Positions 38,601 to 57,802 of a stretch of 64,000 nt of DNA are shown piece by piece. A program made the position numbers and the translations under genes. Within the stretch, counting starts at the first letter, position 1, and each line of letters opens with the position of its first letter. The stretch is from Dendrobates tinctorius (Eukaryota). The notes under the pieces are model-generated. The model searched no databases, had not been told where the DNA came from, and worked only from the letters and a program-made list of their open reading frames with translations. The stretch covers positions 8,680,001 through 8,744,000 of the forward strand of contig NW_027361681.1 in assembly GCF_039654945.1 (NCBI RefSeq), written 5' to 3'.

Positions 38601-39875
38601 AATTTTCCATTCAAAAAGATAAATGGCGCTCCTTCCCTTCCGTGCGCCCAAACAGTGGTTTATGAGCACATATAAGGTATCGGTGTACTCAGGAGAAATT
38701 TCCCAACAAATTTTAGGATCCATTTTACCCTGTTGCCCATGTGAAAATGAAAAAACTGAGGCTAAAAGAAAATTTTTGTGAAAAAAAAAAAAAAGTACTT
38801 CTTTTTACGGATCAATCTGTGAAGCACTTGGGGGTTCAAAGTGATCATTATGCATCTAGATAAGTTCCTTGGGGGGTCTAGTTTACAAAATGTGGTCACT
38901 TGTTTAGGCACACAGGGGCTCTCCAAACGTGACATGGCAACCGCTAAATATTCCAGCATATTTTCCATTCAAAAAGTCAAATGTCGCTCCTTCCCTTCTG
39001 AGCCCTGCCGTGCGCCCAAACAGTGGTTTATGACCACATATGAGGTATCGGTGTACTCAGGAGAAATTGCCCAACAAATTTTAGGATCCATTTTATCGTC
39101 TTGCCCATGTGAAAATGAAAAAAATTAATGCTAAAATTTTTGTTGTAGCTTGAGGGGTGCAGTTTTTAGAATGGTGTCACTTTTGGGTATGTTCTTCCAT
39201 ATAGACCCCTCAAAGTGACTTCAAATGTGAGGTGGTCCCTAAAAAAAAAAAATGGTTTTGTAAATTTTGTTGTAAAAATGAGAAATCGCTGGTCAACTTT
39301 TAACCCTTATAACTTCCTACAAAAAAAAAAATGTTGTTTCCAAAATTGTGATGTAAAGTAGACATGTGGGAAATGTTATTTAGTAACTATTTTGTGTCAC
39401 ATAACTCTCTGGTTTAACAGAGTAAAAACTCCAAAATTTGAAAATTGCGAACTTTTCTAAATTTTCGCCAAATTTCATGATTTTTTCACAAATAAAACCA
39501 AAAATTATCATCGACTAACATGAAGCCCAATATGTCACGAAAAAAACAGTCTCAGAATCGCTAGGATCCGTTGAATCGTTCCTGTGTTATTACCTCATAA
39601 AGGGACACTAGTCAGAATTGGAAAAAATGGCCTGCTCATTAAGGTCAAAATAGGCTTGGTCATGAAGGGGTTAAAGGGATCTCAGGTATGGAAGTTAGGG
39701 TAAATCCCTCAGCGCTCCGATTCTCACACCAGCCTTCTATTAAAGGGATCATTGGTATGGAAGTCAGGGCAAATCCCTCAGCGCTATGGTTCTGACGCCA
39801 GGCCTCTCTTAAAGGGATCCCCGGTATGGAAGTTACGACCGTTCCACTCAGCGTTCCGGTTCTGACTCCAGGCTG
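35628..39875. repeat. About 70-bp tandem repeat (about 8 + 3 units) split by a TTAA-targeting transposon
   Basis: Unit cttaaagggatcattggtatggaagtcagggcaaatccactcagcgctctggttctgaccccaggcctct at 35628-36178, resuming in register at 39671. Confidence 0.85.
36182..39670. mobile_element. Non-autonomous piggyBac-like element (3.5 kb) with internal about 385-bp tandem repeats and a TTAGGG-like tract
   Basis: TIR ccccttcacgacca / tggtcatgaagggg; flanks tcaa (mutated TTAA) and ttaa; no transposase ORF. Confidence 0.8.
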
Positions 39876-41252
39876 ATGGGACGATGTGGGATATTAGGGG
39901 TAGTAGTCCGGTGGCTCTGGCTGACAGGATATTAGGGGTAGTAGTCCGGTGTCTCTGGCTGACGGGATGATGTGGGATATTATAGTGAATGGGGCTATGC
40001 GGAGTGGGCGGGGCTATGCACTCAGTAGATTCAAGATTCAAAGAAGCTTTATTAGCAGGACTAAATACACAGTTTTGCTAAAGGAATAGGGACTGTAGGG
40101 ATGTTGGGTAATGGCTGTAGGAAAGGTGGATGGGGCAGATCCAGGATGGGGGCTATAGAAGTCCATGGCATAGGGAGGGGGGATGGGGGCAGATCCAGGG
40201 TGGGGGCTATAGAAGTCCATGGCATAGGGAGGGGGGATGGGGCAGATCCAGGGTGGGGCCATAGAAGTCCATGGCATATCATAGTTCTCTTTTCTCACAG
40301 TCTATGACATTCGCTCACATACCGAGCTGCTATCTCCACTGCTCTCTCTTCTTCCCCCAGCAGGATATACGTTTTCTCTTCCTCCTTCATGGTGATGAAA
40401 TCCAGGAAGAGATGTGAGAGTCTCCTTAAGTGAGTGTCCCTCACTGCTGAGTATTTGGAGCAGTGTAGCAAGAAGTGGGTCTCATCCTCCAGGTCACAGT
40501 ATATATAAAATCATAATTTGTTATAACTAACCGTAGTTCGTTACTATGCCGGGCAGCGACAGGCTCTTCAGCTAGTTGAAAATAAAGATGCCTTTGACCG
40601 GCAGTAACCTTGATGTCACCACTGGTCACTTATTCTCCCAGTGGTTCGTAGTCTGGATTGTCACCTCTTGGCACCGTCCAGCTTGAAAACAGTTCATCCC
40701 CAGACATTGATTATGGCATGGGCCAGAATGTCGAACAGATAAGGGATATTTTTTTTTTTTTTTTTTTTTATTTATTTATTTATTTAGAGCACAGGCTCAT
40801 GAATACTTCCATATGCTTTCACTTATCACCATATCTGATAGACCAGTGTGCAGCCTCAGATTGGTGAATTTATATTTTTAGTTATTAACAAGACAGCTCA
40901 AGTAAAAAAAAAAAAAAGTCCAATTGGACTAGAAAGTTACACTCTTTAGGCTATTTTGGGGTTGCATATTTTAAATAGTAAAGATACAAACCCTGAGAGC
41001 ACAATCACCAATTTGTAGGAGTCTCCTCCCAGATGCCAAAGACATACTGTTAGGGAATTTAGAATGCGAGCCCCAATGGGGACAGTGATGTCTAAAGCTG
41101 GGGAATCAATGGAAAAATTAGACAAAATGTAAGTATAACGTGTGCCCAGGGTGACAATACCCTACAATCACAAAGCCCCCAACTAGCTATGCCCCCTATC
41201 ACACAAACTCCCTGGTAAAATGTACACTTTGGGGTAGATTTTCTTTAAATTC

Positions 41253-41258
41253 TTTATT
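41253..41258 (-). terminator. RPL7A polyadenylation signal
   Basis: AATAAA on minus, about 35 nt after the stop. Confidence 0.75.
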
Positions 41259-41291
41259 ATGTACAGGACATATGGTAAGCGGTCGGTACAT

Positions 41292-50063
<8,772 letters not shown>

Positions 50064-50380
50064 GGCGGACGGGGCAGGAAAAGGAAGATTAACGCATTGT
50101 GGGTAATTTTGTATAGCCTCAGAGATATCGCGACACCTGAAGGAGGAGCGAGATTTGATGCAGATGTGAGCGGCGTGTGAGGAGCGCCCTCTGAAGGCTC
50201 CGAGTGGTGCTACTACAACTGGTCACGTGACGGATCACACCGTCACGCCAATGCGCGACGATGTGGTAGCCACTAGCCAATCACAGTGCAGCGGTGCGGA
50301 GAGATGGCGGATGGTGACGGTGCGGGGGAATAGTAGTGCTGCCGGTATAAAGAATACGGCTCCTCTTTCCTTCCAGTGTC
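50064..50380. promoter_or_regulatory. RPL7A/MED22 bidirectional promoter with RPL7A 5'TOP
   Basis: Minus strand CTTCCTTTTCCTGCCCC from about 50087 (TOP/TCT start); GTCACGTGAC at 50222; two CCAAT boxes (about 50248 and 50277); YY1-like AGATGGCGG at about 50302; CpG-rich. Confidence 0.85.
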
Positions 50381-53300
50381 ATGGCGCAGCTGCGAGTGCT
50401 CCCCCAGAGCAAGGAGACGTTACTGCAGTCCTACAACAAGAGGCTGAAGGACGACATCAAATCTATCATGGACAACTTCAGTGAGATCATCAAGACTGCC
50501 AGGGTGAGAAAGATGGGGGTTCCCTGAAACCTGTCCTGTTCTTGGGATTGTGTAATAATGAGTGCTGTCTGCCAGCTCCCCGTATGTCCACTAGCTCGCC
50601 CGCAAGCTCCCCGTATGTCTGCCAGCTCCCGGCTGTCCACTAACCCGCCCGCGAGCTCTCCTGCTGTCCGCCAGCTCCCGGCTGTCCACTAACCCGCCCG
50701 CGAGCTCTCCTGCTGTCCGCCAGCTCCCGGCTGTCCACTAGCTCGCCTACAACGTCCTCTGCTGTCCGCCAGCTCCCGGCTGTCCACTAACCCACCCGCG
50801 AGCTCTCCTGCTGTCCGCCAGCTCCCGGCTGTCCACTAGCTCGCCCACAAGGTCCCCTGCTGTCCGCCAGCTCCCGGCTGTCCACTAGCTCGCCCACAAG
50901 GTCCCCTGCTGTCCGCCAGCTCCCGGCTGTCCACTAACTCGCCCACGAGGTCCTCTGCTGTCCGCCAGCTCCCGGCTGTCCACTAACTCGCCCACGAGGT
51001 CCCCTGCTGTCCGCCAGCTCCCGGCTGTCCACTAACTCGCCCACGAGGTCCTCTGCTGTCCGCCAGCTCCCGGCTGTCCACTAGCTCGCCCACGAGGTCA
51101 CCTGCTGTCCGCCAGCTCCCAGCTGTCCACTAGCTCGCCCGCAAGCTCCTCTGCTGTCCGCTAGTTGATTGACTGCTCACCTTTATTTCATTTTGCTTTG
51201 GTCAGATTGAAGAAGAACATCAGGTCAGCCGCTCGACCCAAGGAGAGCAGGACAACTATGAGATGCACGTCCGCTCAGCTAACATAGTGAGTACGGGGTG
51301 GTCACTATCTTCTCCACTACATGTATCGTAGCTTGGCGGTTTAGCTCCTACAGACTTTTGGTGAAGGTTTCTCTTCAGTATAATACATGGTGATATCACA
51401 CCAGGGAAGGTATATAGTGTACACTGTGTAGTGGAGATTTCATGCTGAGCTGTAAATGCACCTAGAATGAGCTCTAGAGGGACCCAGCTGGTGGACATTA
51501 TGCCACCCACCCACCACAATTCCGGGAATAGGACCAGTGTGACGTTTCCAGTTCACATGAAGGCCTCTTCATGACCTCACACCACCACTGTCAAACTCCA
51601 TCATGGTGCAAAGCAATGTAGGCCTGTCCTCTCCAGTAATGAGTCCTGACTTTTGTCTTGGACTAAATGACTGCAGGAGATTGGTCTGGAGACCACATGA
51701 ACAATGTCATGAAAAAGCCTTCACAAGGGAACATCACACCAGTTGTTAGGGTGCCCGAGGGTGAACCCACTGGACCACGGCAACGAACCTCCCCTGGGCG
51801 AGTGGACCAGGTGGACCACCCCCTATACAGGGAGTGTTAGGGACAGGCCCAGGGAAGACTATTACCGCGGCAGCTGGTACCCAGACAGCCGAAGACACAG
51901 GGTAGAACGGCCAGGTGACCGGATACTGGACCGGGGTAGCACGGCAGGAACACAGGAGACTGGACCAGGGTGGGACGGTAGGAACACAGGAGACTGGACC
52001 AGGTTGGGACGGTAGGAACACAGGAGACTGGACCAAGGTAGGACGGCAGGAACACAAGAGACTGGACCAGGGTAGGACGGCAGGAACACAGGAGACTGGA
52101 CCAGGGTAGGACGGCAGGAACACAGGAGACTGGACCAGGGTAGGACGGCAGGAACACAGGAGACTGGACCAAGGTAGGACGGCAGGAACACAGGAGACTG
52201 GACCAAGGTAGGACGGCAGGAACACAGGAGACTGGACCAAGGTAGGACGGCAGGAACACAGGAGACTGGACCAAGGTAGGACGGCAGGAACACAGGAGAC
52301 TGGACCAAGGTAGGACGGCAGGAACACAGCAGACTGGACCAGGGTAGGACGGTACACTGCAAACACAGGAGATAGAAGGTAACAGCGCTGGAAGAAGGTA
52401 GGCAGGCGCCACACAGAGGAATCAGAAGAGGATGCCAGCAAGCGTGGGGCCAGAGTCACGGGGAGTAGTACCAATGACGATCAGGCAACGTCACCAGGGA
52501 GCGACGGCCTGATGTAGGAGAGTGGGGAGGGCTTCCGGGTCAGGGACCTCCTACCAGCAAGAGAGGCGACGGTTCAGAGAGGCAGTGCGCGCGCCCGTCG
52601 GGACCCACGGGGAGCGCGCGCCCGGGAGGCCGCAAGCGGCGCCAGAGGAGCAGAGGCACCGACGGGAACGCGGCGGGGAGCGGTGGCCCGGTGAGACGGA
52701 TGGGACGCGGGCGGCGGTGAGGTGACACCAGTGCGGGGGGGGGGCATAATGTGCTGTAGTCGTACCCTTCCAGTCTTCATTCCAGGTGCACTAACATCTC
52801 GGCTTTACATTGATTTGTCGTGTAACCAGTGGTGTGGCCAATTCTGCAAAGTGTCCCAGGAGCTGTTTTTCCACATGACAAGGCCACCTGTTCTTCAAAC
52901 TTCTGTGAGCAGGCAGCCTGCATGGCCTAAACCAGCTCCCGTGGCTTCCGCATTTCCAGACTTGTCTCCATCGGACATATTGGGGACGTCATTGGTCGGT
53001 GATTACACAGGAGGCAGCCAGCAGCGGATCCTGATGACTTGCCTGTGCACTCAGTGGTAGAACCTTCCACAGAAGACCATTAATAACCTCAATTATAGCA
53101 GCCGAGGCTGAGAGTGCCGGGATTTCTGCACGGGGCTCAGACTGGATACAGCCTGAGATTGTTATAATGTTGTCTCTATTCTTCCATCATTTGCAGCTGA
53201 CTTGGAGCTATCTCACTGGTGGTGGTTTGTAACGTATACTCCTGGTCTGTGCTCCAGGTCCGTGCTGGGGAGTCTCTGATGCGGCTGGTGTCTGATCTGA

Positions 53301-53476
53301 AGCAGTATCTGATCCTAAACGACTTTCCCTCTGTGAACGAGGCCATTAATCAGCGCAGTCAGCAGCTCCGCGGTCTGCAGGACGAGTGTGACCGGAAGCT
53401 GATCTCGCTGCGGGATGAGATTGCCATCGACCTGTATGAACTTGAAGAGGAATATTACTCCTCCAGGTATAAATAG
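50381..53476 (+). CDS. MED22: Mediator subunit 22 (Surf-5), short isoform, 140 aa
   Basis: Exons 50381-50503, 51206-51286, 53258-53476; [33 protein letters not shown]...[28 protein letters not shown]...[13 protein letters not shown]; AATAAA at 53759. Confidence 0.96.
50563..51163. repeat. 49-bp minisatellite, about 11-12 copies, MED22 first coding intron
   Basis: Unit gctgtccgccagctcccggctgtccactaacccgcccgcgagctctcct and variants. Confidence 0.92.
51744..52727. mobile_element. Solo LTR (Gypsy-like) with an internal 34-bp tandem repeat
   Basis: TGTTA...TGACA ends; 5-bp TSD ccagt (51739-51743, 52728-52732); about 12 copies of gactggaccaaggtaggacggcaggaacacagga. Confidence 0.85.
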
Positions 53477-54125
53477 GTTCCAGACGGATGGCGTGCCCGA
53501 GTCTGGGAGCGGGATTGTACCCAGGTCCTGGCAGTTAGGGGGTTAATACCTGTGCCGTGGTGGGCTGGTGGCAGTGGTGTATCATGGGCTGTGTTGCTCA
53601 TCTGTCTTTAGTATCCTGTGCTCTGATTTTTCAATTTTGTCAAGAGTGGAATCCTGCAGCGTGGTGGTGTGTAGTCTAGTGTTCTCTGTTATTAGGAGAC
53701 ATCACACACCATCTGGCGGTGGAATTGGTGTCCTATGAGGGTAATAACCTGTCAGAACAATAAAGTGACTTGTGCATCAACCCTTCACATTTGTGCCATG
53801 GCTGAGTGTTGTGGGGTCCTGCTGGTAACTGATACGAATGAGTAGTTCATGTGGTGGAGGGTGCAGACCCACTGTGTGCCACCGTCTTTCCTCGAGGTCG
53901 CTGATATGATGGACCGTCCTGCTCACTGTTGTCTTCTGTCACTTCTGCTCTGATGCCTTGGGTAGATTTGGGGGTGGTGGCCTGGTGTGGGGTCTTTAGG
54001 GCTATACTTGTAGTCTGTACCTAAGTTGCGGTGATTAGCTGCTTTCCAGTTCTTAACGCTTTGCTTCTGTCTTGCTTTTCTCTCTTGCTCTCTGGACTCT
54101 GCTGCTTTACCTGTTGTGTTGTAAG

Positions 54126-54300
54126 CTACAGTGTGTGTGAGCCGAGCGGTCTGCCGCTGTGTGAAGCGTACTGGCTCACAGACTCCTCGCCTCAGGACCC
54201 GTGCACCCCGGTGATGTCCGAGAACAGCGCACTCCCCAGTCAGATTCATGCATCTCCACATGTGAACGGACACGGAGTGAGCATATCCGATCACAGCTGA
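54126..54300 (+). CDS. MED22: Alternative terminal exon of the MED22 long isoform (about 195 aa)
   Basis: Internal donor AG|gtataa at 53466/53467 joins in phase to SYSVCEPSGLPLCEAYW...; LPLCEAY matches the remembered mammalian long isoform; AATAAA at 54601 and 54643. Confidence 0.82.
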
Positions 54301-57300
54301 GTGGGTGAAGTGCAGATTATTCCTGGTCTTCTCATCCTGGAGAACTCTGTGGGGGTGAGCTCTCTGCTCGTCCACGTCTTCCATCACCCTGATCGTATCC
54401 GCTTCTGTATAGGAATAGTCAGAGTCTAGTGCCCGAATTCTGTCAGTGGCCCATCACATGGAGTGTGCAGATGTGTACCACACAGGCGTCTTTATCCAGG
54501 CCTATCGCCATCCCCGGAGCGCTCTGTCACCTTGCCGTTTGGGGTGTGCTTGTAGTCGTGTTTCCTCAACTGGTTGTTTCATTTGTTCCTTTGAAACTGA
54601 AATAAAAGTGCTTTTTTGTTAACTTCTGTTTCCAATCTAAGAAATAAAGTTTACCATTGTTGCATCTGTTGAACAGTCCAGGTAGCAGATGGATTCATTA
54701 CTGTCTGCTATACAGGCTGTATCTGTATAGCAGGAGCCACGGGCTGCAGAGATTTGGCTAGTGGTCCAGCCTTCTGCCAACCACATGCTTCACAGCTGGA
54801 ATCAATGCTCCCTCTGCAGATGATTGTGTGCGTGTGGTATTGGGAGCAGCAACACACAGGAGTGATCCTTATTACTGAGGAGACAGATCTCATTAGCTCT
54901 GTGATGTTAGGGGTGGGCCATGCATAACTGGGTTCTTTCATCCCTTAGCTGCCCGCAGACCAGGTCTGTTAGCAATGGTGTATAGACTAGGGAAGGTGGC
55001 AGTAAACTTCTTCCCGGTCTGTGTCCACTTCTGCAGAACAGGGAGAATGTGATGTGGGGTCTGCATGTGCTCAGCTGCTACTTCGTGCCTAAAACAAAGT
55101 GAACACAGCTGGGAGAGGGGGTACTTCACCACCGCCGACTTTAGTCTGTGCATGTGCCGATGATCCTGGGGTTAGATACATGTGCAATACATTGTATAAG
55201 GTGATATGTATATACACACTGGCAGTACACTATATACGGTTATATGTGTTGACTATATACTGGTAATATAAATACACGATACAACTTCACGGTAGAACAA
55301 AAAAAAAAACAGTTTTTCTCTTCGTTTAAGGGCTTGATCACACTGGTGTATATTTGATAAGTGCAAAGCGACAAAACAATGTTAGTAAATGAGTCATTGT
55401 TCATCTGCAAGTTTGTTCTCAGCTGGAATTGGACGAAGGAAAATATTGCAGCATGCTGCAATTGGTTGTGAGAATCGTTTGCACTTGCCAATGCAAGTCA
55501 ATGGGTGCGAGAAAAAAAATGCACAGCACACCAGCTAAGGGAAAACAAACAGCTGAGAGCTTATATTATCAGGTAGGGAAGGCCCAGACAACCATGGACC
55601 TTCCTAGCCATGTTAACGTCAACTCACAGCTGTCTGCTTTGCCTTTGCAGGTTACAAAAATAAAAAAGCAATGGAGGCAAGGGACCCTAAAAAAAAGTCC
55701 CCTCCGTTTTTGATAACCAGCAAAGTGTCATGAAGTGACTGGCCTTGTGTGACACGACCCAGCAATCGGTCGGTCACCAAACAGCAAACAAACAAGGGAA
55801 CACCGGGGACACAATTACAATGGTGGGCCCTGCAATAGGGAACGGGGAAATGCACTCTCCTGAGGCTGTGCCCTGTTCTATCCTGACTTCACTATATGGC
55901 TTCTTTCAAACCGTCGCCAAGCAGGATACCTTAGCCCTCACTTGCCCTGCACCTATCCCTCAGTAGGGAATTGGCAAGTGCAGACACTGGTACCAGCGCT
56001 GTACTAATGCAAGACCAAGGGAAGAAATAACAAACGAGGTAAGGCATACACTTCGCTTTCTCTGCTGCAAGGCACCCGATCACAGCATTCAGCTGAAGCA
56101 CCACTGCACCAGAAAGCTCCTATTTTCAGTACGGTTGGTTTCCGAAAAGACCTGTATAACCAATAGTCAGCTTATACACTAGGTGACCTTTTAAAGAAAG
56201 GTGGGAGTGGTCACCACCTGCATCAGCAAACTCACCTAGCAATGCAATTACACCAGCGGCCAACAGGGGGAAAAACTGATGTTAACCCCCAATGGCCTGA
56301 AAGGAAAAATTTTATATATGAGAACCCAGATCTGACACAGATCCAAAAATGGATCGTGACAGTACCCCTCCCTCAATGAGGGGCCTCTGCACCCTCAACA
56401 CCGTACCTCGCCAGAAAACAACCTACAATGAGGACACCTCGATCCACCAGAGTTCACCTTGGCAGTCACCTGACTCAGGTTTATGGCAAACGTGGACCGA
56501 TGGAGGTGACAACGTATGCTCCAGAGGCGCCACAAATCTCTAGAGCACCGACCTGGGGATGATTTGTGTACGGGCATTACTGGGGGTAACTCCAGCTGGT
56601 AAGTCCCCGGGCCGAGAATGGCCGACACCCGATCACCCAAGAACTCCAGACCCCGGCAGCACACTTCCACCGTATAATTTTGGTGGACAACCATACGTAC
56701 TCGTTCACACACAGGTCCGGACCTGAACGTTTATTGCCACGCACACATTTGCTACATGATGGTGAACTCTTCACAGAACTGATAACAGAGGTGTCCCCCC
56801 TGTGTCATCACACTCCCACAATGCTCAGAAGGAACCACCACTGTCCTCTGACCCCTCCTCCTAAGAGGACTCCGACATTCAGGGATAGCTTGTGGGGAGG
56901 GTTGAGACTTGCCTCTACTCCCTGGCAGCATCTCTGCTGCCCCCACTGGAGAAGAAGGGGACAGTTTTAGAATGACGACAGAGACATCCCCTGGGCAGCA
57001 GCCCTCACATGACTGATCCCAGCTGACTACTTCCCTTGACCTCCAATCTATGACCGGGTTGTGTCTTTTCAACCAAGGGAGGCTTAAAACGATGGGTGTT
57101 GGATTTCCCCCACAAGATGTAGCATGACAGGGACTATTCATGATGAGTCCCTATACGCAGATGTATATCATCCACGACTTGGGTCAACCTCCCCTGGCTA
57201 AGTGGGACAGAGTCAATAGCCTGGAAACTTAGGGGTTTTGCTAGCGTCCTATACCTCGGGCCACGGTTCTGGACAAAGTGAGCATCCACAAAATTGACGC

Positions 57301-57802
57301 CTGCTCCACTGTCCACAAGCACCGGTATACCCTCAGTTACCCCACCAACCACCACTTCTGCTGACAAGGTACACTGAGGGGAAAAAAAATGGAAATATAC
57401 ACTCCCCGGTCGCCTCCCTCCACACGACCAGGGGGACGCGACTTCTTAGGTGGTACAGATGTTTTGGTGCGAGCTGGGCAGACCCCGATAAAATGACCAG
57501 TCTGCCCACAGTAAAAACATGCCCCCGCACCATGATGAACCGCAGGAGACACCGTTTGGGAACTAACTCCTCCCACCTGCATGGGTTCGTCCGACAGCAC
57601 TGGTGTGTCCTTCCTAGCAAGGACTATAGGGGGTATATTCGCCAAAGCCGCAAAAAACTCGTCCACTGACCATAGAGATGGTGAATCGGCCGGCAGGGAG
57701 AAGGCCCAGGATTGGGGATCACCCTTAAGAAGGTATATGATGAATCCCACCCGTTGTTCCTCACTCCCTGATAAACGAGGATGGAGCCTGAAGTATAACT
57801 TA

